Below, piece by piece: positions 26,798-38,079 of a stretch of 64,000 nt of DNA. The position numbers and the translations under genes were made by a program. The DNA is from Octopus sinensis. Taxonomy: Eukaryota. Each line of letters begins with the position of its first letter. The stretch's first letter is position 1. The notes beneath the pieces were generated by a model. It had not been told where the DNA came from. It ran no database searches and worked only from the letters and a program-made list of their open reading frames with translations. The DNA lies in contig NC_043001.1 in assembly GCF_006345805.1 (NCBI RefSeq), positions 55,490,001 to 55,554,000 of the forward strand, read 5' to 3'.

Positions 26798-28110
26798 AAT
26801 AATATCCCCTTTAATCTAGCAAGAAGAATCTGCACAATTGTCTCAAATCCTGAAACTCGCAATAAAAGACTCCAGGAACTAAAACAAGTACTACTTGAAA
26901 GACAATATCCATTAATGTTAATAGACAATGGAATAGAAAATGCCAAAGCAATAAATATTGAAGAACTATGAAAAACACTCCAGATACATCCAGTACTCTA
27001 CTCTTTATTACAACATACAACTCAAGAAACACAGAGGTTTACAATATCATCCACCAGAACATCCCACTTCTAAAACAAGACCCAAGGATGAAACAAGCAT
27101 TCGAAACACACAAAAGTAAAAGATAATCAAAGTCCCTCAAAAAATTCCTCACAAGTGCTAAATTATCTTCCACAATTCCTACACCAACAGTGTGGCTGCC
27201 ACAATTGCAGAATCTGCATCAAATTTATTGAAGAAACAACATACAAATTCAAATCAGGACAGATTTTTACCATAAAAAAATCACTTGACATGTTCTTTAA
27301 GGAATTTAATATACGCTATCAAATGACAAGGATGTAATGAAGATTACATAGGTCAAATTAAGCTTACTCTAAGAAATAGACTGACCATTCACAAGACCCC
27401 AGTACTAGACAGATTCCACTGAGTGGACATACAGATGTGCAAAAAATAAGTCCAGGTCTTCCCACTCTACCCATGTTCAGCAAATACCACAAATGAAGCA
27501 CAGATAAATAAAGAAAATACTTTCATACAGAAGTACAAACTCAAACTTCAACTTTAACAAAGTACATACACAAATAACTATTCACACACAAAACATTCTG
27601 TCACTTATCATATGGAACCTACACAACTAACAACCTAAACTTTAGCCACTGGACTACATACAAATGACTCCTGTCCACTCACTCACCAGACAGATTATAT
27701 TTGGAGTGCCTTGATTATAACTAAACATGTTCACTCAACCATATTGTCCTTCTTTTTAGGTACAAAATATACTGTCACAGGACACTAACATATGGACACA
27801 GTGGGAAATGTACAAAAGGTTGTAAACTTATTGCGTTCATTCTCTAAACAGAAAACATTCAGAGCGTTGATTGTTTGCACATGCTCAGTCAACCGTGTGA
27901 GCCTTAACTTACAATGCTAAATATTGTCACTCGATACTAACACAGATGTAGCAGGGAACCTACAAAAATTTCTAAGACCAATCATGTGACTATCCTCTGC
28001 CAATCAAACCCTATTCAAAACATATACAAACTTGAGTCATGAACTCCCTGTAAAAATGAGACCAGCTTCAAACACTAGTCCGAAACAAGACAGTTGCAAC
28101 ATAAACCACA
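26798..28110 (+). mobile_element. Decayed Penelope-like element: RT C-terminus/thumb, GIY-YIG endonuclease and 3' region
   Basis: Frameshifted translation gives NIPFNLARRICTIVS...RLQELKQVLLERQYP, then CGCHNCRIC, then TCSLRNLIYAIK*QGCNEDYIGQIKLTLRNRLTIH...KENTFIQKY. Multiple stops and frameshifts; coding remnant ends about 27557; right boundary approximate. Confidence 0.85.
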
Positions 28111-28289
28111 TCTTTCTATTTGAACTTTTTGAAAATCAGTGTAAACTGTGAAACCAGTTAAAGCTTTGAATATATTAATAAAAAATTTTCTAACTATTCT
28201 CAGTGCATTTTCAACTTCTATTTTTCCTATATTTCTACCCGTGTGGAATAAAATAACTTTGTTTCCTATATATATATATATCTCAACAT

Positions 28290-28736
28290 CATTTAATCTC
28301 TGTTGTCCATGCTGGCATGGGTTTGATGGTTTTATCAGGGCTGATAAGCTGGAATGCTGCACCAGACTTTAGTCTGATTTGGCATGGTTTCTACTGCTAG
28401 ATGCCCTTCCTAATGCCAATCACTCTGAGAGTGTAATGGGTGTCTTTATATGCTACTGGCATGGGTGCCATTTGCATGACGCCGGCATCTGCCACGACTG
28501 CAAATTTACTTGGCTTGATATTACAGAATATTGCCAAAGGTCTCAGTCACTAGTCATTGCCTCAGTGAGGCCCAAAGTTTGAAGATCATGCTTCATCACT
28601 TCGTCTCATGTTTCCGTGGGTCTACCTCTACCACAGGTTCCCTTCACAGTTAGAGATCGGCACTTCTTTACACAGATGTCCTTGTCTATATATGTTATAT
28701 GACCATACCAGCGCAGTCATCTCTCTTGCACACCAT
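28290..28736 (-). mobile_element. 5'-truncated RTE-type LINE 3' end
   Basis: Minus strand encodes GVQERRLRWYGHI...CVKKCRSLTVKGTCGRGRP.ET.DEVMKHDL, then the 3' UTR ending ...CCATGCCAGCATGGA.... Confidence 0.8.
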
Positions 28737-29403
28737 GAGAGATGACTGCGCTGATACAGACATTAGGTCCTGCAGCACTCAACCAGAGTTCTGGGCTATC
28801 AACACTGTTAGATCCCAGACTTATACTGAAATTTTTGTCCAATGAATCAACCCTAGTCCATTTTTTTTAAAGCCAGATACTTATTCCATCATGCCCTTTT
28901 ATCAAACTGCTAAGTTAAGGGGACATAAACATACAAACACCAGTTGTCAAGCTGGACAGGATATTTAGTTCCGACATATGATCAGAGGTTCCCTGAGCAG
29001 AATGTATATGGTGAACTGATTCGTGGAAAGTGACCCCCCTCCACCAGCAGAAATCAAGACTACAGTTTCAGGATTGTATAAAGTCCTTGTTGACAGAATG
29101 TGAGATGTAGACTGTTAATTGGGAAACAATGCTTGTCATCACTACCAATGGAGGGAAAGAATAAAAGGAGTGTGTATTTTTGAAGAAACAGGCATTTTTC
29201 ATGCTTGAAAATGCATCACCAGTGTAGTAAATGGGAGAGTCTAATCTGCAGTATTTGTAGATGTGTATGTTTATCAAGAGCTGGGATCATTAGTCACCTG
29301 GGGAGCAACAAGTGTAAAGTATAATTTTATGTAAGTGCTTAGCATTCTTAGTAATCAGTGACAGTTGGACAGGCATCATATATATATATATATATATTTA
29401 TAG

Positions 29404-29800
29404 GTGCAGGAGTGGCTGTGTGGTAAGTAGCTTGCTTACCAACCACATAGTTCCGGGTTCAGTCCCATTGCGTGGCACCTTGGGCAAGTGTTTTCTGCTA
29501 TAGCCTCGGGTCAACCAAAGCCTTGTGAGTGGATTTGGTAGAGGAAAACTGAAAGAAGCCTGTCATATATATGTATGTGTGTGTATATGTTTGTGTGTCT
29601 GTGTTTGTCCAACCTAACATCGCTTGTCAACCAATGCTGGTGTGTTTACGTCCCCGTAACTTTACGGTTCAGCAAAAGAGACCGATAGAATAAGTACTAG
29701 GTTTACAAAGAATAAGTCCTGGAGTCAATTTGATTCGACTAAAGGTGGTGCACCAGCATGGCCGCAGTCAAATGACTGAAACAAGTAAAAGAGTAAAAGA
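29404..29800 (+). mobile_element. Family B SINE, followed by head-only copies at about 29810-29960 (-) and 30045-30200 (+)
   Basis: Direct sequence match to the other family B copies. Confidence 0.8.
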
Positions 29801-30187
29801 GATATATATATGATGGGCTTCTTTCAGGTTCTATCTACCAGGCCCATTTGCAAGGCCCAAGGCTATAGTACAAGACACTTGCTCAAGGTGCCATGCAGTG
29901 GAACTGAAACCAGAACCATGTGGTTGGGAAGCAAGCTTCTTACACAACAGCCACACCTGCACCTATATAAACACACATACACACGGACACATATAATACC
30001 TATATATATATACATATGTGCACACATACATACAAATATGTAGGTATAGTAAAAGCTGTGTGGTTAAGAAGTTCTCTTACTAATGACATGCTTTTTAGTT
30101 TAGTCCTAAAGCTCAGCACCTTGACCAAATGTCTGCTGATCGAGGTCTTGTGTATGTATATAACAGACAGAAACTTAAAAGAGCCCA

Positions 30188-30221
<34 letters not shown>

Positions 30222-33200
30222 CTCCATGTGAGTATACACTCTGTCGTGACATCAATAACAGTTGTAAACTTGCAAAATCCTCATACAAGCAATGCTATTC
30301 CTCTCCAGTTTTCTTTGGAAAACATGCTTCAAGATAGAGAAATGTTACCTTGCTTGGAAATAGATGAGGGTTGGCAACAGAGGGGGATTATGGCTGCAGA
30401 AAAATCTGCCTCAATGAATTTCATATGACCTATGCAAGCATGGAAAAGCTGATCTAAAAATTAAGAAGACAATGATGATGATGATGACAATGATGATGGT
30501 GATGATGATATATGTATAACACATCACACACTAAGATCTATGTAATTGAGATAAGAGGAAAATATGTAAGTTTTCCTTGGCTTATAAAAATTTAATTTAA
30601 TGATTTACTAATAAGATCTTTACTAGCAATAAAGATTTCATTAACTCATAAAAAAAATGTCCATTAACATAACAATAAAGAAAACCCAAGAACATTCATC
30701 AAAGACAAAAAAAGATACTTTTTTATTTTTTGCTGTTTTCATACACACACACACACACACACACACGTGTACACACATGATTTATTTATTAAATTTTTAC
30801 CTATAATCAACTGTTGTATAAATTCATTATCAAAAAATACCAGCTATTTGAGAAGGTGGGGCAGTGTTGGCAGAAGAGGTGGGTAAGATGAACTTTAATA
30901 AATTGCTTAAAAGAACAAAACCAAGAGAGGAGTGTGTGCATGTGTGTGTGCGTGCGTGCATGTAACTGAATGAATGAATAATGAACAAATGCACATATTT
31001 CTACATGTGAAATGTTCATTGCGAAAATTTTATTTTCATTTATTATTATTGTTAACATTTGTATTTATTTATAGTAATTTTGTTTGCTGTTATATTTTTC
31101 TTTTTTTCTTTTCCATCATTTTGTAATCATGGCTCTTGCTTTGCAGGGAATTTTCAGAAATAGCATAAGATCATGCATTCCAGAAAAATCTGTTGCATGC
31201 ATGCTCGTGCACGAATATTAGATACATGTGTATCTGTGTGTAAACAGCCAAACACACACACATTTCTCTATTTCCCCCCTCTCTCTCTGCACATACACTC
31301 ACACACACACACACACACATATATATAAACACACACACACACATATATAGTGTTTTAGAGATGTAGCCAGAAGTCTAAATATTGGAATTGTAAAAGGAAG
31401 GAAAAAAAACACTGAGAAATGATTCTAAATTTGGTTTTTGGCAATCGTGTTACTTGTCTTTCTTTGCTTGTTTTATTCAATATTTATTATTAGTATCATT
31501 ATTATTATTATTATTATTATCATCATCATTATTATTATTATCATCATTATAAGTTTAATTAGAAAAATCTGAAAAACTGCCTGATGAAATATGTTACAAG
31601 TAATGAAGATAACATAGATAATGTAGATGAGGAAAATAGTGAAATATTTCTATAATAACAGACTGACGCCTATAATATATAATACAAGTAGAAATGGTAT
31701 GTGTTATTTACTGATAAATGTAGTCAGGAATGTACTGAAATGATGGTTTAAAGTTAACTTACAAGAGTCACTTCATACCACAGTTAATCAAATTCTAAGT
31801 TTTACTGAAACCAATAAGCCTGCTATTTACCATAGAATCTCAGGGAGATTGAAAGCTTTTACCATTTCCTAACAATCATATACAATGCAAACTGGTCATT
31901 TTGAATAATAGAACTTCATGTTCTTACTTCTTTTCTCTTTCGTCTAAATGTTTTTTTTCATTCGAAAGAAACATGGATTGTTAATGAAGCAAATAAATTT
32001 TAAGTAGATTGCCATGTCAATGCTTGGAATGGGATTTGAGCAACATAGACTGACTGCCGAATTCTGATGCTAGCGAACATTCATACTGCAGAAGAAGGAG
32101 ATAAATGGGAATTGAATGGCTACATAGTCAAGAAGTTTGCTTAGCAATCATGTGGTTCCAGGTTCATTTCCTGAGGTACAGCAAACCTCCTACCATAGCA
32201 TCAAGTAGATGCAAGCCACATGAATCAAACAGTTAGCTAGATATTGTATGGAAGTTTGTCACACTATAAATATTCTTGATCGACCTAATCTGTTCATCAG
32301 TTTAATATCATCCACTGATTTTTTTAGAGCCTTAAATGGGATCTACTCCCATACACACGTTGGGTCTGTCATGAGCTCTGGTCTGAGAGAGAATGATACA
32401 TCAATCCTTTTGTTATTCAAATTAATCCATCAAATTAATGCATATTTATTCACATTGTTCTAGATTAATCATGCATTATCCTGTGGTTTTGAGGTTTCAA
32501 TGATGTGCTTGTTTATTTCTACAATGACAATGTAGGGTAGGTGTGAGAGGCCAGAACAGGTTTGAACATAAAAATGGTAAAATATTTAGGGCCAGATATA
32601 GTTGGTTTAAATGTTAATGGGTTAATGCACTGCTTCTAACTGGAGCAACCCACAAAATAGTGATCTATTTTTTTCCCCTAAAGAATTTCAGATGCTCCCC
32701 AAAAAATGTCACAGTATCTGGATGTCCTTCTTTCACTAAAGAATTAATGAGTGAGAAGTGATACCTCAGGCAAATAATGGAAGAGAAATAGCAGAAAGGC
32801 AATAAAGACATTTTGAAAATTAAATGGGAACAAAGAATAAAAGTAAGAGAAATATATATATACACATACATACACAAGGTGCAATGGTTAAACTGTCACC
32901 CATTTATATCGTTTATTTCGTGCATGCACATTAATTGCTTTTGATTTTGTTGACCACACAGTATATTAGGGTCAGTTGGGCACCGTCTGTGATAAAACAA
33001 TCACCATAATCCTTTAAATCAGTCATCATGATGTCTCTCTTTTGTGAGTTGTGGTGTTCCTACATTTTCTCTTTATGCATCTCATGATTCATGTCTCTAT
33101 CTTTGCTGTGTATTTGAGGGACTATAACACACACACACACAAACAATATAACACTTTGAGCAAGTATCTTCTCAGATACTATCAGGCCAGCCAATGCTAT

Positions 33201-33777
33201 GCGAGAAAATGGTAGTCAGAAACAGTATGAAACAGAATGAAAAAAACGGTGCTTTACTTAAAAAACCCTGATGAGGATTAGTGACAGATGAAGAGTAACA
33301 GGCCTGAAAATCCTGCCTTAAATAACTCACCATGTAACACTTGCTAATATGGGAAAATGGACATTAAACAAACAAATGAAAATATGTCTGTGTGTGTGTG
33401 CATGCTTGCGCATGTATGTGTGTACATATTTATCTATTGATGGGTGGATGTCTACATAACATTTCTTCAGTAAACAAGATAATCATCATTTCATCTGACT
33501 AATTTTAACTTTGAAAGCAGCATCCATTGAAACACTGAAATACTCTTAATTTTTTCCTTCAATTTATAGTTTGTTCTACTATATTTTTCTCTTTTTCTTT
33601 ACACATCTATAACTGTTTTTAATTTCTTTAGAAATCTCTAAAAATGTATTAGTATTATTTCAGTAGTCTTATTTATATTGCATGCTTTCACTGCAAAACC
33701 TGTGTGCCTGGGGTGTGTGTAGTGTTTTGTTTTCTTCAGTCTCAAAGAAATCATCATCATAATCATCGTTATTATTA

Positions 33778-33823
<46 letters not shown>

Positions 33824-36800
33824 TATTATCTCAATGAGGTATTATACTCTTTCCTTCAAACTAAATGTAGCTAAGCCAATCTAATTGACAGTGGCACGTC
33901 GTGGGCACAGGAGCAGCAGGTACTGAACAAGAATTTATAAAATACATGTTTTGTGTATGAGACTAACTATATACTGTCTTTATAGTTCAGAAATAGCACA
34001 GGAAAAATAAAATAAAGAGATGGAAATGATATAGAAATGCAATACTGACATATCTCGTATATTAGCTATGGCTTACTCACCAGTCTCAAGAGGGTTTGCA
34101 AAGGCCATGGGTACAACCCTTTCCTCCAGACCAATCAAATAAAGAAAAATGTCACAGTTAGCAGGTTGTATAATTAAATATTAAAATTAAAGTATATTTT
34201 CATTTTATGTATAATTGTTTTATTAACATTTTGTTTTTAAGGATAGTATGGAAGTAAATATTTTTGTTGTTGCTGATGTAATTTTTTATATTTGCATACT
34301 ATTCAAGTTGGTTTTTTTTAAAATTTTTTTTTTTTATAGTTGAACGCCCTTCCTACTGTTAACTAATTGACTATGAAGTAGGCGTGAAGTCTGGTGTAGA
34401 TCACACCAGACAGAGACAAGCAAGGCTGCATTTATTACTCAAGAGAAAAAAATATATTGATTGTATGAAGTAAGACTCAAAGTCATGATTATGGGGTCAG
34501 GTAAGTGGAACTAAATAATTTATGGATATTTGGATAGCTTGCACTTCTGAATTTACTCATTCTCTGCCATTACCACAAAACCCCCACCTGACTGCTCATT
34601 GATTACTATAAGATTACTCAAGCTGGTAGAAATAGCAGCCAAATCTCTTGCAAATCAAACCACTCCCATCATCATTACCACCTTTTTAACATCAAGTTAT
34701 CTATCCTCTTCAGATGAAGCTTATTGAGGCAGAATTTTCTGTGATTGCATCACTTCCTGTCCCCAATCCTCACCTATTTCCAAGCAAGGAAATATTTCTC
34801 TATGGCCAAACATAGTTTCACAAAAAAATAAAACTGAATGACACTATTTGTAGGATGGTGACACACGTTTACAACTATCACATGATGTCAAGACACATTA
34901 ACACAAACAAACAAGATACACATGAAGAGCTTCTTTCAGTTTCCACCTACAAAATCCACTCAACAACATTTTGACTGGCCTGGGGTTCTAGGTGCCATTT
35001 AGTGGAACTAAACCTAAAATCATATGATTGGCAAGCAAACGTCTTAAACCATATAAACAAAGCCTGAGCCTACATGTAAAAATAGACATGTTGAGTAATG
35101 CAATGCTCATTTCCATGCAGGTTGGGTTAAAATGTGTTAGCGATGGTTGGAAAGACTTCTGATTATCAGCTCTTGAAATTACTACAGAAAATTAATAAAG
35201 CATAAAAAACAATATAAGCGCTGCAAATTATTTCTCTTCACAGCATGTCATCATGTCCCACCTTTTGTATTCATTTTTAGAGTAGAACTGTTGGAAATTC
35301 AAATAGAAGGCTGGGCAACATTAAGTCAACGACTCTTTACACACCCCTCTGGAGTTGATAAAATAAAGTACCAGTTAAATACCTTGTTTGATTTAATGTT
35401 TTTATAAAGCATACAAGACATTCTATCTAACACTATGAACACAACCATTTTGCCATTGACTGATGATGCAGTAGACTAAAATTTGCTAGATAACTGTCCT
35501 TTATCAAGATGGAGCTATGGAATATTGGCTTCAAATTTTGGTCTAAGGCCAATTTGGAGGAAGGGGTAAGCCAATTACATTGACCCCAGTTTTCAACTGA
35601 TACTTATTTTACCAGCCCCGAAGGGATGAAAAGTAAAGTCTACCTTAACAGGATTTGAACTCAGAATGTAAAGACAGAAAAAATGCCTCTAAGCATTTTT
35701 CCTGGCATGTTAATGATTCTGCCAGCTCACTACCTAGGTGCTATAGAATATTCGTAAGTATTTTATCTTGTGTCATACCAACTTAAACACTTCTTATATG
35801 GTTTTTTTTTAATGGTAATAACTGTTGCTGTTGTTTTAAGTGACCCAATGAAGAAATCTGGAGGAGGCAAAAAGAAAAATAAATTGTCATAGGAAAAATT
35901 AGAACAACAGACCTTCAGTATTGATATTAACTGTATTCTTTTCTAAGAAATTCTAAACTAAATCATTATAGAATCTGATGAACAGCTACAGTAGAGAAGC
36001 TTATTGATGAACAGTTATTAATTATATAGAATGCCAGCATTCATTAAATGAGTTTAAAGCACATTTAATGAAATAACAGAAGTTTAGAATTGCTCTTTGA
36101 AGTTTAACAACGGTAATTGTCAGAAAGCCACATCATACATTTCTACAATATATTTAACCATTTTTAACGAACAACAGAACCACGCACACATGATTATGAT
36201 GATGATAATACATATCTGTGTACATAAGTGTAAGTGTGTGTATGTATGAATACATGTGAGTATATCTAGTTTTATATATCAATATTTATGACGATGACAA
36301 TATAGATGCATAATCTTATTGAAAGAGCATAAACATATACACACTTATATAAAGACATATGCGTATATAAGTATGCAGAAATTATGTAAATGCGTGTGCA
36401 TGTGTATGTATGCATCATATATGCATATACACACACATTGCATATGCATGTATTTGCAGTTGATAGCCTAATTGTAAGAACTCTGAATCGTGGTTAATTT
36501 AAAATAATAATTAAGAAAAGAATTTTAGAGAATGTGACACAGTGAGTTAGAATTTCAAAAACCAAATACATTAGCGAATGCTTCCCATTAACGAATCCAT
36601 TTCTATTGAGGTCAGCAACTCATTTAAAACATTGTTCAATACAGCACTGCTGACTCCACAAAGTTAACTCACCTTTCTCAGACAGTGTCTTGAAGAAGTT
36701 TGTTACTAAGTCACTTATTATAGTTCATAATTATTATTAATATTAATCTTGTGCATTAATATTATTAGTATTAGGCTCATTATTATTATTATTATTACTC

Positions 36801-37767
36801 TTATTATTTATCAAGTATTTATTTATCTATTTCATTTTTTTTTTCTCCTTCTAAAGATGAAAGGAATAGGAATACATTTCAGAGATTCAAAGAATGACAT
36901 AAGATTTCAGTCACAGATAATTTTAGATATCTGTTCACTTATCTTTATTTTATTTTCCTTGCGTGTCCACCCACCCTCTGCTCCAGTTTGTTTACTAGGG
37001 CTGGGTAATTTTTATCAATTCCTTATTCATTTGCTAAGAAGCAATCCATTTCCCAGTTTTTTCACAAACACAAGGAAAAAGAAGAAAAGCAGAATTAAGC
37101 CTAAATTGATGTATGAATGTTTTTCATGAAAGATTTTTGTTTTCTTTTCCTTGCTTTGTTTATTATTTTGTAAGGCTTAGTCAGAGAAGGAAAAGCAATA
37201 TCCAGGCCACCAAGACTTGTGAAATGAAATTAACTTCAGACCACAAGCCTAGCCCCAAATGCTTAAAAGGCATCCAAGAGCCAGGTGGAGAAGTTAGAGT
37301 GGACAAGGAGTTAATTCTGCAATATAAGTCCCTTGCCAATGGTAAATCAGCTAACATTGATCTTCAACCTGATAAGAATAGCAGTGAAATCCTGCTTCAA
37401 ATATTACACAACTGTCTTCAAAGAGTAGGCACACTGGATAACACAGCTCTAGATACACTATGTCTAAATAGATGAGATGGTCATAGCTGAAATATGTTTG
37501 AGTATAAATATACATGATCAAGAGTAATCTTGGGTTAAAAAAACAACAACAAACTAATGTTATTGTATTTTGAAGAGGGGAATAATCACTGAAAATGGAA
37601 AATACTGACAGCAGTAACAATGATGGAATTATAATAGACACAATTGTTAGAGAACTAAGTGATTTGGGCTAAGATGAAGAAATAGCAGACGAATGAGTGA
37701 CAGTCCAGTAAGAATACAAAGGAGCCTCAGAAAACCACATGTAAAAATTATGAAAATTTTTACTTAC

Positions 37768-38079
37768 TTGCTAACGTTAATGTAGCATTTTGACTAAGAG
37801 CTGTTCCATGTATATTTGTGGCATTACAATAGTAGATTCCGAGATCTGTTTTGTGAGATTTAGAGTGCATGACCTGCAAGAAGAACAATGCTCCGCCATC
37901 AACTAACATTTTGTTAGAGTCAGAGTCATCATCTGTTGTGATTACCTTGGCACCATTCCGGTACCAGGTAATCAATGGCTTTGGATCGCCTTCAGCTCGA
38001 CAGTTTAATTTGACTGGTGTCATTCTGGCAGCGTAGCTATCCTTTGGATGTTCCAGGATACGAGGGTTTGGTAATTTTC
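37768..38079 (-). CDS. robo: Internal coding exon of a Roundabout (Robo/SAX-3)-family receptor: Ig1 domain
   Basis: Translates to (G)KLPNPRILEHPKDSYAARMTPVKLNCRAEGDPKPLITWYRNGAKVITTDDDSDSNKMLVDGGALFFLQVMHSKSHKTDLGIYYCNATNIHGTALSQNATLTLA. This matches Robo Ig1 motifs (PRIxEHP, LNCxAEGxPxPxIxWY, GxLFFL, DxGxYxCxAxN, SxNAxL). The acceptor is a pyrimidine tract (CTTTCTTTTCTCTCTTGGTAG) ending at 38080; the donor GTAAGT is at 37767-37762. Exon is 312 nt, phase 1 at both ends. Paralog identity not determinable. Confidence 0.9.

Noticed and set aside
33268-33320. CTGATGAG motif
   Set aside because: No stem II or GAAAC arrangement; it lies in a decayed SINE.
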